Shown here: positions 20,078 through 29,471 of the stretch, piece by piece
Layout of the letters: every line of letters begins with the position of its first letter
How positions within the stretch are numbered: position 1 is the stretch's first letter
Source: Candidatus Thorarchaeota archaeon
Lineage (GTDB): Archaea; Asgardarchaeota; Thorarchaeia; Thorarchaeales; Thorarchaeaceae
Length of the DNA stretch: 64,000 nucleotides
Direction: 5' to 3'
Assembly: GCA_029855935.1 (NCBI GenBank)
Contig: JAGSHN010000032.1
Coordinates: 32,001 to 96,000 of the forward strand
The notes under the pieces: generated by a model
Database searches by the model: none
What the model was told of the DNA's origin: nothing
What the model saw: only the letters and a program-made list of their open reading frames with translations
Translations under genes and position numbers: made by a program

Positions 20078-20599
20078 CTACACTGACCTCCCGGCTCTTA
20101 TAGCCTCGACCAGACTAGTGAATGCAAGGTCAACGTTGACGTTCTCGGTGGCGCTGGTCTGTATGAGTCGTGTCGCCTTCTGCTCAGCGATTCTCATGAC
20201 CTCCCGCGGGTCCACAACGGTGTCAAGGTCAATCTTGTTTTCGACCATCACCACAGGGACGTCTCCTGCAGCGGAGAACAGCGCATCCAGCCACTCGTCC
20301 ATGTGGTACAACGTCTCAGGGCGTGTACGGTCGAACACAAAGAACGCGCCAGATGCGTTCGAGCAATACTGTTCTCTCAGCTGCGCAAACGACTCCTCCC
20401 CGCCCAGATCCCAGATCACCAGCTTGTACACTGCTCCCTTGAGTCTGACAAGCTTGACGTGAAGAGTCGCACCGATGGTGCTGCCGATATCACCCGGGAG
20501 ACTGTCATAGACATACTGCTGAACAAGTGAAGTCTTCCCGACCCCCGTGTCACCAAGGAACACGAGCTTGTAGACAAAGTCGGGCTCGGGAGAAACCAA
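20078..20599 (-). CDS. Rab-like small GTPase
   Basis: GDTGVGKT, STIG, WDLGGE, NKID, TSAT; no C-terminal Cys. Confidence 0.92.
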   Translation of the reverse strand: MVSPEPDFVYKLVFLGDTGVGKTSLVQQYVYDSLPGDIGSTIGATLHVKLVRLKGAVYKLVIWDLGGEESFAQLREQYCSNASGAFFVFDRTRPETLYHMDEWLDALFSAAGDVPVVMVENKIDLDTVVDPREVMRIAEQKATRLIQTSATENVNVDLAFTSLVEAIRAGRSV

Positions 20600-20671
20600 G
20601 ACGCACCACCGCGGCCAGGTGTACAGGCGTGAGGGATAAAACCTTCGTTCCTACTACGCAGACGCGCCTCT

Positions 20672-21205
20672 TCAGACCATGGTGAACTTCTCGCGTGCCT
20701 GAGTTAGTATCTGCCGGGAGAGCGTGAGGAAGGCCTCCTCTACGTTCATGTCTTCCTTCGCACTCGTTCTCACGTAGACGCAGTTGAACTTCTTTGCTAT
20801 CTCCTCTGCGTAGCCGGGCTTGATCTTTGAGTCCAGATCAATCTTGTTTTCCACGAGGACAAGGGGTATCGTTCCTGTGACCTCGTAGAGAACGCTTATC
20901 CACTGATGTATCCGGTCGAGAGTTTCAGGGCGGGTGGTGTCGAAGACAAAGAAGGCGCCCGCCGCGTTCTGGTAGTAGGCTCGTCGCAGCTGCTCAAAGT
21001 CCTTCTGTCCGCCTATGTCCCAGATCACCAGCTTGATGCGTACATCCTCGACATCGACAGTCTTTACGTGAATGTCGGTGCCTATTGTCGTGAGATACTC
21101 GCCCTCAAAGCTATTGTACACGTACCTTCCAACTAGGCTGGTCTTGCCTACGGCCGGTTCTCCAAGGAAGACTATCTTGAACAGGTAGTCAACAGGCGCG
21201 TGCAG
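20672..21205 (-). CDS. Rab-like small GTPase (probable CTG start)
   Basis: Frame extends upstream of the ORF-track start to include DYLFKIVFLGEPAVGKTS; also TTIG, WDIGGQ, NKID, TSAK. Confidence 0.92.
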   Translation of the reverse strand: MHAPVDYLFKIVFLGEPAVGKTSLVGRYVYNSFEGEYLTTIGTDIHVKTVDVEDVRIKLVIWDIGGQKDFEQLRRAYYQNAAGAFFVFDTTRPETLDRIHQWISVLYEVTGTIPLVLVENKIDLDSKIKPGYAEEIAKKFNCVYVRTSAKEDMNVEEAFLTLSRQILTQAREKFTMV

Positions 21206-21414
21206 CTGAAATACTCTCCGGTGTCCGATGTTTCATCAGATGAGGGGGGCGAGAACAAGATAAAACTATCGAGCTTCTGGGAACTGTGCCCCGATGTTGA
21301 TCCGTCATCATGGCTCTTGTTCTCGCATATTCTTCTGCATACCACAATTCACGCCTCACAAGACCAAAAGTGACAAAAGCAGGCATAGATGCGCAGCAGT
21401 GGGTGTCCCATGGT

Positions 21415-22206
21415 ATGCGGATTGGAACCTTTGCGCGGAACAATGACCAAGTCGCAATGGCGATAGACAATGATGCTGACTTTGTAGAACTGCGAATGGA
21501 CCTTGAACACTCCATTGACTTTGAGGCCGCGAAACGACAGCTCTCTGACGCTGGCATTGGGATCACCCTTCACCTACCGAGCTGGCCCGACTGGCGCCCG
21601 ATTGAGGTGAGTCAGCTTGTGCTTCCGTACGTCGATCTCGGCAGACTGATGGATGCCGAGTTGGTGACCATTCACACGACTCTCTCAAGCATCTTTTATA
21701 CGGATGGGGAGATTGACGACTTTCTCAATGGCATCGGCCCCGTGTGTGAGGCTGCCGAGAGCTCCGGTGTGCAGCTGGCCATAGAGAATCTCGGGCTGCA
21801 GTACACAGAACTGGCCCTTCTGTTTGACCAGCAGCCCTGTATGAAGATGGTGCTGGATGTTGGTCACGCTCAGATCATGGCGCTGAGAAACCGTGCACTG
21901 GACCACGTGGAGTTCTTCTACGACCGTATTGCAATGGTCAATCTTCACGACAACAACGGTTCCAAGATGCTGGACGAGGTGATTGTCCTTCGCAGAGAGG
22001 GGCCTCTCTCCCGTCAGGAGATGAGAGAAGTCGCAAGACGGTACGACGAGCATCTCCCAATCGGTGAGGGGAGTGTGGATTTTGAGAGCGTTCTCTCTGC
22101 CCTGAAGAAGAGAGGCTACGATGGCAGATTCCTGATGATGTGCGCCGACCCGGCACGGTTCCCCGAGGAACGGGAGAAGTTCCTTGCTCTATGGCAGCAG
22201 GTCTGA
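21415..22206 (+). CDS. Sugar-phosphate isomerase / AP-endonuclease-2 TIM-barrel protein
   Basis: LAIENL, LDVGHA, NLHDN, HLPIGEGSVDF. Confidence 0.85.
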   Translation: MRIGTFARNNDQVAMAIDNDADFVELRMDLEHSIDFEAAKRQLSDAGIGITLHLPSWPDWRPIEVSQLVLPYVDLGRLMDAELVTIHTTLSSIFYTDGEIDDFLNGIGPVCEAAESSGVQLAIENLGLQYTELALLFDQQPCMKMVLDVGHAQIMALRNRALDHVEFFYDRIAMVNLHDNNGSKMLDEVIVLRREGPLSRQEMREVARRYDEHLPIGEGSVDFESVLSALKKRGYDGRFLMMCADPARFPEEREKFLALWQQV

Positions 22207-22210
22207 CTCG

Positions 22211-23317
22211 TCACGCTTTCTGCAAGATCGAGTCTTTCAGACGTTCTACCTGTTCTATGCCCTTGCTATCTCCAGCGGCCTCGTAGAACGCCCGCGCAAT
22301 GGCCAGCATCTTCTGAGCCTCTCCGTTCTTTCCTTGTACGACAAAGAACCTCGCTCGTTTCAGCCGCGCCTCAGCCATCTCCGAATAGACGTGAGTGGGA
22401 TACTCAAAGAGGTCGGGCACGAACGTGGCGCCGCACCTCGGACAGGTGACCGGGGTCGCCTCTCCCACAGCCGCTCTCTCCTCTGCAACGGGCGGGGGGC
22501 CGGCGGTGGCAGGAGCGCTGGGCGGCGCCTCTGGGACGGCCGCCTCAGTCTGAGGTGCCGCAGTCCCTTCCGGTGGCTGCCCCTCGGATGGCATGACTGG
22601 GATCTCAGACTCGTCGACTTCGATCTTCTCGTAGAGAGAGGACCTGAACTCCGAGGGTACTGATGCCTCTGGAGGTGGTGCAGGAGGCGGCTCGACAGGT
22701 GGCCCCTCAGGATGAATTATCGCTGACATTGCTCCCAGTATCTTGACCTCGCTCTCCTCCGGTCGTTCCTCAAGACTCTCCTCTGGAGGTAGCTCGCCCT
22801 CGGCCTTCTCCTCTCTCCATTCGACGGCCTCAGGCGCGGTGGGCTCTGCGCTCGGAGCAGGAGCGGCCGCTGCAGGTGCTCGTGCGGGCTGCGCCTCTTC
22901 GGGCTCTGCACTCTCCTCAAGCAGCTCCTTCACCTCACTTGCCCTGAGCATCCTTGTCTCGACCACCCCAGTACCAGTCTCCTCAAGGCCGACCTCCTCA
23001 GCCTTCTTGAAGGCTTCTCTGGCCTTCTCAAGCTCCGACTTCACTCGCTTCCTTGTCCCCCGTCTGACGCGATCCCTTGCGACCTGTGACGGGCGGACCC
23101 ACTCCTCCTCTACCACAACTGCCTTCGGTCCTTGCTCTGCCTCTGTTTCCTGGGCAGCTGCTGCCGTTCCTGTCACAACCCTACCCGTCTCTGGGACCTC
23201 TACCTGCGGCTTCGCCAGGCGTGGTCTCCTCTTCGACACAGTCAGCTTGGCACCACATCTTATGCAGAACTTTCTCGTTGGCAGGTTCGCCTTTCCACAA
23301 TTGGGACAGACCTTCAT
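22211..23317 (-). CDS. Zinc-ribbon protein with Pro/Glu/Ala-rich linker and C-terminal TPR-like helices
   Basis: CPNC...CIRC at the N-terminus, CPRC near the C-terminus; start may be 23362. Confidence 0.75.
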   Translation of the reverse strand: MKVCPNCGKANLPTRKFCIRCGAKLTVSKRRPRLAKPQVEVPETGRVVTGTAAAAQETEAEQGPKAVVVEEEWVRPSQVARDRVRRGTRKRVKSELEKAREAFKKAEEVGLEETGTGVVETRMLRASEVKELLEESAEPEEAQPARAPAAAAPAPSAEPTAPEAVEWREEKAEGELPPEESLEERPEESEVKILGAMSAIIHPEGPPVEPPPAPPPEASVPSEFRSSLYEKIEVDESEIPVMPSEGQPPEGTAAPQTEAAVPEAPPSAPATAGPPPVAEERAAVGEATPVTCPRCGATFVPDLFEYPTHVYSEMAEARLKRARFFVVQGKNGEAQKMLAIARAFYEAAGDSKGIEQVERLKDSILQKA

Positions 23318-23478
23318 TTGGCCACCCCACTTACTGACCGAGCTATACGCATCGTTGCTCATATAGCTTTGCCAAAGGAGCAGAAAGGACAGGCCTCGTC
23401 GGAGTGGGGCGCACTCCTCACTAGCCCCATATCGACGGGCATAAAGCGTTATATCCCCCCTCCTCTAGGGCTCAGGTC

Positions 23479-25923
23479 GTGAAAGTCTATAGCATCCCGG
23501 ACTGTGCATGGAGGATTAGGCTAGATGGACGGCCTGAGCGTGAGGGCTGCCCTAGGCGCTATCCCATCGGTCTGATGTTGCGAATGGCGCCTGTCCTGTT
23601 GAGAATTCGCAGGCAGAGGAAGGTGGCTGGGAGGGGTGCCGAGCCGCCGTCGATGTTCTCTGTGAGCGCAATCAACGACGGTCACAATCAGGGCGTACCC
23701 ATCGGTGGTCTTGGTGCTGGCAGTATCGGCAGAACATATCGCGGCGACTTTGCCAGATGGCACCTAAACGTCGGCGAGCACGTATATCACCCGTCTATCC
23801 CCAATCAGTTCCATCTCTTCATCCGACGCGACGGAGAGCGTCTTGCACGGACGCTCAATCCTCGTCCGTCGGCTCCCGTCCTCTCATCATGGGGGTGGGG
23901 TCTTGAGCCACATAGGGCCACGTATCACGCTCTATTCCCGCGAGCTTGGACTGTGTACGACTATGCTGACTGGGGTCTGCAGTTGACGTGTGAGCAGATC
24001 TCTCCCGTCATTGGTCACAACTATAGGGAGTCATCTTATCCTGTGGGAGTGTTTCACTGGTCCGTTCAGAACGTCGGTTCGCGTCCGCTGGACGTCTCTC
24101 TGATGCTCACGTGGGAGAATGCCATTGTGCCCACACGCAAGGCGCACCCCGGCGACTCTGTCTCAGGACACGTCTCTGAGCGTCAGGCGATGGTGGAGCT
24201 TCGACATGGCGAGGACGCGGATTGCTATCCCGTGTCCTTTGGGCTAGGGGTGGCATCGGACGATGCCTCTCTGCTCCTTCTGGAGAGCTTCGACACAGAG
24301 GGCGGCGGTGCGGGCGTGTGGTCCACATTCAGTGATAGGGGCATCGTGGACGAGAGGGCATCGGCGAATCCTGTGAGGTCAGGTCACCGCCACGGAGCTG
24401 CGTTGTGCTCTTGCACGAATCTGATGCCCGGAGAGTCGAAGGATATCACGTTCGCCGTCGCGTGGGACATCCCCATAATCAGGTTCGGTCGGAGGAGCTG
24501 GTATCGTCGCTACACGAGGTTCTTTGGGAGTTCTGGGGACAACGCTCTTCGTCTCACGGAGACAGCCCTTGGCGGCTGGCGCGAGTGGTCCCGACAGATT
24601 CACAAATGGCAGCAACCAGTTCTCGAGTCCGACCTGCCAGACTGGCTCAAGTGCGCCCTGTTCAATGAACTGTACTACCTCGTCGATGGTGGCACTGCGT
24701 GGACGGCCGGTCCGGTGGGGGCCAAGGATGATCGGGATGCTGGCACAGACCAATCCGCGAACGGGGCCGGGTCAGAACTGAGTGACGATATCGGTCACTT
24801 TGCGTATCTGGAGTGTTTTGACTATCCGTTCTACAACACGTACGACGTACACTTCTACGCGAGTTTTGCTCTTCTTTGGAACTGGCCATTACTGGATAAC
24901 TCCATTCACACCGACTTCGCCGATGCGGTTCTTGCCTCGGACGAGCGGGAGCGGATGCTTATTCTTCACAGGGGGACGGCTCCGAGGAAGCCCTACGGCT
25001 GCATACCTCACGACCTAGGGACTCCGCAAGAGGATCCTTGGGTGGCCACCAACGCGTACAACGCACAGGATGTGAGCCGCTGGAAGGACCTCAACACCAA
25101 GTTTGTGCTGCAGGTCTACAGGAACTACGTGATCACTGGAGATAGAGACTTTCTTGAGTACTGCTGGCCGAGCGTCAAGGTGGCAATGGAGTACGCCGAC
25201 CGCTTTGACACGGACGGTGACGGCCTCATCGAGAACGAGGGCTTTCCGGACCAGACCTACGACGTCTGGACGATGCAGGGCGTGAGTACGTACTGTGCCG
25301 GACTTTACCTTGCTGCGGCCGAGGCGATGGTCGCAATGGCCGGGATAATGAACGAGCCGGACGTTGCAGAGAAGTATCGTGAGGTGGTCAGCCGCGGTCG
25401 GAGAAGATTCACCGACTTGTTATGGACGGGTGAATACTTCAGGTTCGACTCGAGCGGCGGCCGTCATAGCGACAGCATTATGGCGGACATGCTCTCAGGC
25501 CTCCTGTATACGCACGTCTGCGGTCTCCCTCGGTACGTCGACGCGGAGAAGGCCCGCATGTCGCTGAGAACAATATTTGAGTTCAACGTGCTTCGTTTTG
25601 CGGATGGCGAGATGGGCGCGGTCAACGGTATGAGACCGAACGGCAAGGTGGACCGAAGCAGCCCGCAGTCAGCAGAGGTGTGGACTGGCACGACCTATGC
25701 CCTTGCGGCCCTGATGGCCTATGAGGGTCTACTGGAGGAGGCGGAGAAGACGGCCTACGGCATCTACAGAGTCACGTACCACTCACTCGGCTACTGGTTC
25801 AGGACACCTGAGGCGTGGCTCAGTGACGGCTCCTATCGCGCGTCGATGTATATGCGACCACTGGCCGTCTGGGCACTCGGGATGGCCCTCCTCCGCGATC
25901 GTGGTCACGAGGACGATGTCTGA
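23479..25923 (+). CDS. GH116 beta-glucosidase / non-lysosomal glucosylceramidase (GBA2-like)
   Basis: GVPIGGLGAGSIGR, LFNELYYL, YLECFDYPFYNTYDVHFYAS (nucleophile Glu), DQTYD (acid/base Asp), YMRPLAVW. Confidence 0.95.
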   Translation: MKVYSIPDCAWRIRLDGRPEREGCPRRYPIGLMLRMAPVLLRIRRQRKVAGRGAEPPSMFSVSAINDGHNQGVPIGGLGAGSIGRTYRGDFARWHLNVGEHVYHPSIPNQFHLFIRRDGERLARTLNPRPSAPVLSSWGWGLEPHRATYHALFPRAWTVYDYADWGLQLTCEQISPVIGHNYRESSYPVGVFHWSVQNVGSRPLDVSLMLTWENAIVPTRKAHPGDSVSGHVSERQAMVELRHGEDADCYPVSFGLGVASDDASLLLLESFDTEGGGAGVWSTFSDRGIVDERASANPVRSGHRHGAALCSCTNLMPGESKDITFAVAWDIPIIRFGRRSWYRRYTRFFGSSGDNALRLTETALGGWREWSRQIHKWQQPVLESDLPDWLKCALFNELYYLVDGGTAWTAGPVGAKDDRDAGTDQSANGAGSELSDDIGHFAYLECFDYPFYNTYDVHFYASFALLWNWPLLDNSIHTDFADAVLASDERERMLILHRGTAPRKPYGCIPHDLGTPQEDPWVATNAYNAQDVSRWKDLNTKFVLQVYRNYVITGDRDFLEYCWPSVKVAMEYADRFDTDGDGLIENEGFPDQTYDVWTMQGVSTYCAGLYLAAAEAMVAMAGIMNEPDVAEKYREVVSRGRRRFTDLLWTGEYFRFDSSGGRHSDSIMADMLSGLLYTHVCGLPRYVDAEKARMSLRTIFEFNVLRFADGEMGAVNGMRPNGKVDRSSPQSAEVWTGTTYALAALMAYEGLLEEAEKTAYGIYRVTYHSLGYWFRTPEAWLSDGSYRASMYMRPLAVWALGMALLRDRGHEDDV

Positions 25924-25947
25924 TTGAACTATCGTGCTTGCCGATGG

Positions 25948-27222
25948 TCAGGCGGCGTGATCGTCGGTGCTACGGCGGCCTTGGCCAATCTCTCTCTGGA
26001 TTCTCAAGACGGTGTGTGCCACCTTTGAGTAGGCCTCGCCCAGTGTCTTACCCACGCCAAGGACGGTACACACAGGGTCGCCACGCCTGACCACCACACC
26101 TGCGGGCGTTCGGTCTACGGTTCCCTCAAATGCAGACAGGTCAGGGACAGGGCCAGTCCGCCTCGCATAGGCGACTATCTTGGCAACGGGTCTCAGTGGC
26201 AGTCCGGTCACAGGGAGCTCCCCCTCACAGGCCCTAAGGTGCATCGCCATCAGCGACCTGCCCGAGGCCAGCTCAAGCATCTCAAGCGTGCCCGTCACAC
26301 GCGGGTTCACCTCGAGCACCCACGCCTGTCCCTGGTCGTCTACAACGAAGTCGATTCCATTGTAGCCGATCAATCCGAGACCAGTGCAAAGACGTGCCAT
26401 CTGTTCGGAGAGAGAGGCAATATCATCCTCTGTGAGCGGTGACGGCCAGTAGTTACCGCAGTACACAAAGTCACAGTTTCGTCCTGCCAGTGGCATCCCG
26501 ATCAGCTGGCCTTGGATGCTGACCGTGACCGAGTCACGTCCGTCCCCAATCACCGTTGCACTGCAGTCGACGCCGCTGACATACTCCTGTATAAGAAGCG
26601 GCCGAACGCCATCCTCCCTTTGGCGTCGAGAGAACTCTCTGACAAGATGCTTCTCATTGATGGCCACACGAATCCCGCCGCCCCCGCCGGATGTGGGCCG
26701 TCGGATGACGCACGGATAGCCAATTTCTCGACCGGCTACCATCGCTCCCTCTGCAGTCGTCACGAGCCGCTCCGCAGGCATCCTCAGTCCCAGTTCCTCT
26801 GCCAGTCGTCTTACGAGTTCTCTGTCGCGAGCGCGCCTGAAACCGTTCGCATCGTTCCCAAGGAGTCTTGCTCTTGCCTCGAGTCGTTCCACAGCCTCCG
26901 GGTGGTCATCGAAACCGCTTCCCAGCACCAAGTTCCGAATATCCGGATCGAAGTTGCCAACAAAGTTCTCAACGAGAGCGTCATAGACGGGCTGTTCCAA
27001 TGAGGCACGCTGACGCTGTCCAGGTCGCGGATTGAGCACCGCGACCCAACGGTCACAGCAGGAGCTCAGGTCGTCGTCTCCCCAGAAGTCCGAGACGAAG
27101 ACGGTGGCACCTAGCCTCTTGAGCGAACATGCTATCGGACGGGCGTTGAAGCCAACCACTCCGACGCTTCCCTGGAAGGACGGTCTCTCCATCGCTCTGT
27201 CACTAGCCCCGTTTACCTCCAA
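25948..27222 (-). CDS. ATP-grasp domain protein (COG2232-like)
   Basis: DFWGDDD, LGSGF, SGGGGGI, IQEYVSG, YCGN, GIDF, LEVNPR. Confidence 0.85.
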   Translation of the reverse strand: MEVNGASDRAMERPSFQGSVGVVGFNARPIACSLKRLGATVFVSDFWGDDDLSSCCDRWVAVLNPRPGQRQRASLEQPVYDALVENFVGNFDPDIRNLVLGSGFDDHPEAVERLEARARLLGNDANGFRRARDRELVRRLAEELGLRMPAERLVTTAEGAMVAGREIGYPCVIRRPTSGGGGGIRVAINEKHLVREFSRRQREDGVRPLLIQEYVSGVDCSATVIGDGRDSVTVSIQGQLIGMPLAGRNCDFVYCGNYWPSPLTEDDIASLSEQMARLCTGLGLIGYNGIDFVVDDQGQAWVLEVNPRVTGTLEMLELASGRSLMAMHLRACEGELPVTGLPLRPVAKIVAYARRTGPVPDLSAFEGTVDRTPAGVVVRRGDPVCTVLGVGKTLGEAYSKVAHTVLRIQREIGQGRRSTDDHAA

Positions 27223-27313
27223 TAAGGCTGTTGCTCGTCGACTATCGCCTTCATCCGCTGCCTGCGTCGCTGTCTCAGTGACCTTTATCTCTCCTCCCTA
27301 CCCGGTGAGGGCT

Positions 27314-27631
27314 ATGAAGAGAGTTCACGAGTCGGAGATTGACCTTGTCAGGGTTGAGGGAACCAGAGGCCACGTGGATGTCTGGGATGCGGTCAGAGGG
27401 CCGATTGTCGCTGGTGTCCGTGAGGTCGCTCCTGAGAGTAGGGTGCCACCAGCGCCTCATCGTCATCCCGAGGCACAGCTCATCTACGTCATATCGGGAG
27501 AGCCGCTGATAACGAACGGTTCCGAGACGCTCCGGCTGAGAGAGGGCGACTTTGTGATACTTGACCCTGATGAGGAGCACTACATCATCACCGATGATGT
27601 CCCGGCCAGGCTGTTCGAGGTTCGATACTGA
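27314..27631 (+). CDS. Cupin domain protein
   Basis: PHRHPEAQLIYVISG...GDFVILDPDEEH. Confidence 0.85.
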   Translation: MKRVHESEIDLVRVEGTRGHVDVWDAVRGPIVAGVREVAPESRVPPAPHRHPEAQLIYVISGEPLITNGSETLRLREGDFVILDPDEEHYIITDDVPARLFEVRY

Positions 27632-27750
27632 GGGAGCATACGACGCACCGTGAGGCCTCGTCAGGGCTACGTCGTCGTCTTGGCGGCCCGTGTCTGTGCT
27701 CTCAGGCGAGAGTATGTCATTCACTGTCTTCGGAAGCCTCTTTCTCCAAT

Positions 27751-29343
27751 TCATCCAGCGCGACGCCTTCGTAGGGCCCCAACGACAACTACAACGACGA
27801 CGACAGCAACTGCGACACCGATTGCTATCGCAGGGACAAACGCTGATGCGCCCGTTGCTGTCGTGGACTCGGTTGTCGACGAGGTCGTTTCGTTCGGGGC
27901 GCCTACCACCGTGTAGACAAACCGGGCGTGACTCCAGACGCCATCCTCGTCCCGAACGTACACATCGAGATAATGCTCGCCATTCACAGCCGGTATCGCG
28001 GACGGTTCTGTCGAGTTTGCTCCACCATCCCACGAGAACAGCTTGGCCACCGGGACCCTGCTGAAGTAGATCTCTGGGACCACTCCCGGCCTGACTTGCG
28101 TGTTGTTTGCGTACACGCGCTCCTCTATCTCAATGGGTCCGCGGTCCGGAAGAGAGTAGGTCTCAGCCACGGTGCCGTCCGCCCTGACTGCTGTGAAGTT
28201 GACGCTCTGCGGTGAGACTTCAACGCGGAGATAGTGATAGAACGCGCCGCCCCACGGCGTCTCGTACGGCGGAGCCCCGGCACCGCCTGTGATTATGTGG
28301 ACGACACCGTTGACGGTCAGTCTGTTGTAGAGATGATCGTGGCCGGCGAAGAAGGCAGTCACGTTCGTGTCCTCAAGCAGCTGCTGGAGGTCTGCTCGTT
28401 CGTCCTTGTTCACGTCAAGAGCACTGCCGATGTGTCTGAGCGGGTAGAGCGGTCTGTGGGCAAAGACGAACTTCATTTCCTCAGTGGCCTGTGTCAGATC
28501 GTTGACCAGCCAGTCCCACTGTGGACCTGCTATGCGGCCCTCGTAGGCCTCCTGTTCCGTGTCTAGGAGGATGAAGTGCACACCTGCAAAGTCGAAAGAG
28601 CCGTACGTCTTCGGCTCGTCGGGCATCTCAAAGGCCTCTAGGAAGTACTTGTCGTTACGCACCCCCGTTGGAGTACGGATGTCGTGATTCCCAATCACGC
28701 CGTAGATGGGGACATAGTGACCCAGTCTGTCAGTGATGTTGGTGAAGTGCTCCCAGATGTTCTCGTTAGCCTTGTCGTCTGAGGTCAACGAGTAGACATA
28801 ATCGCCGGTCATCACAACAATGTCGGGGTCTTCTGCTGTCACAAGGTCGATGATCTCCGAGAAGACCTGAGGCTGTGTGGGCGCTGTGTCTTGGCCCGGT
28901 CGATTGTCCCCAAGGACAATCATCTTGAACGGCTGTCCGTCCGGTGGTGCAGTCTTGAAGTTATACGTGTCGCTCTCGGTCCCATTCGAGATGACCTTGT
29001 AGTAGTATCTCGTGCCGGCCTCCAATCCGCTGAGCCAGACACGGTGTTCAGTGACGGTGTCCGTGCTGCTCTCCGCATTGCTGAGGGTATTCTGCGCGAG
29101 GCCGTACTGAACAGTCGAGTTGGTGGGATCGCTTGTCACCCAGTAGATCATTGCTGTACTGTTCGTGACAAAGTTCACCGTGGGGCCTCTCACAACTGTG
29201 GTGCCCGCCGCGGGCTGATGGCTGTCTTGAGGGGCCGGAGCCGTCACGGTATGTGGTTCTGCCAGTGAGAGTGTGACAACGGCCCAGGCGGTCCCCGTGA
29301 GGAGTAGCAATACGACGAACCCTTTCCGCCAGTGAGGAGACAT
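27751..29343 (-). CDS. Purple-acid-phosphatase-like metallophosphoesterase with FN3 domain, surface-anchored
   Basis: Signal peptide, HRVWLSGLEAGTRYYY, GDNR, GDYV, GNHD, AHRP, GHDH, Thr-rich linker + TM + RRRR. Confidence 0.9.
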   Translation of the reverse strand: MSPHWRKGFVVLLLLTGTAWAVVTLSLAEPHTVTAPAPQDSHQPAAGTTVVRGPTVNFVTNSTAMIYWVTSDPTNSTVQYGLAQNTLSNAESSTDTVTEHRVWLSGLEAGTRYYYKVISNGTESDTYNFKTAPPDGQPFKMIVLGDNRPGQDTAPTQPQVFSEIIDLVTAEDPDIVVMTGDYVYSLTSDDKANENIWEHFTNITDRLGHYVPIYGVIGNHDIRTPTGVRNDKYFLEAFEMPDEPKTYGSFDFAGVHFILLDTEQEAYEGRIAGPQWDWLVNDLTQATEEMKFVFAHRPLYPLRHIGSALDVNKDERADLQQLLEDTNVTAFFAGHDHLYNRLTVNGVVHIITGGAGAPPYETPWGGAFYHYLRVEVSPQSVNFTAVRADGTVAETYSLPDRGPIEIEERVYANNTQVRPGVVPEIYFSRVPVAKLFSWDGGANSTEPSAIPAVNGEHYLDVYVRDEDGVWSHARFVYTVVGAPNETTSSTTESTTATGASAFVPAIAIGVAVAVVVVVVVVGALRRRRAG

Positions 29344-29471
29344 GACTGTTCCTCTGTGTCTTGACGCCTATGTTGAAAAGAGTTACGAGACCGCCGACCA
29401 AATGCCAGAGCAGGCGTCACAATCCAAGAGCTTATTGGGTCTGTCGCAAGACTGTCTGAGAGGTCTAGTAG

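Noticed and set aside
27781-27812. ACG/ACA trinucleotide-like repeat
   Set aside because: It is the antisense of the poly-Val transmembrane anchor of the phosphatase
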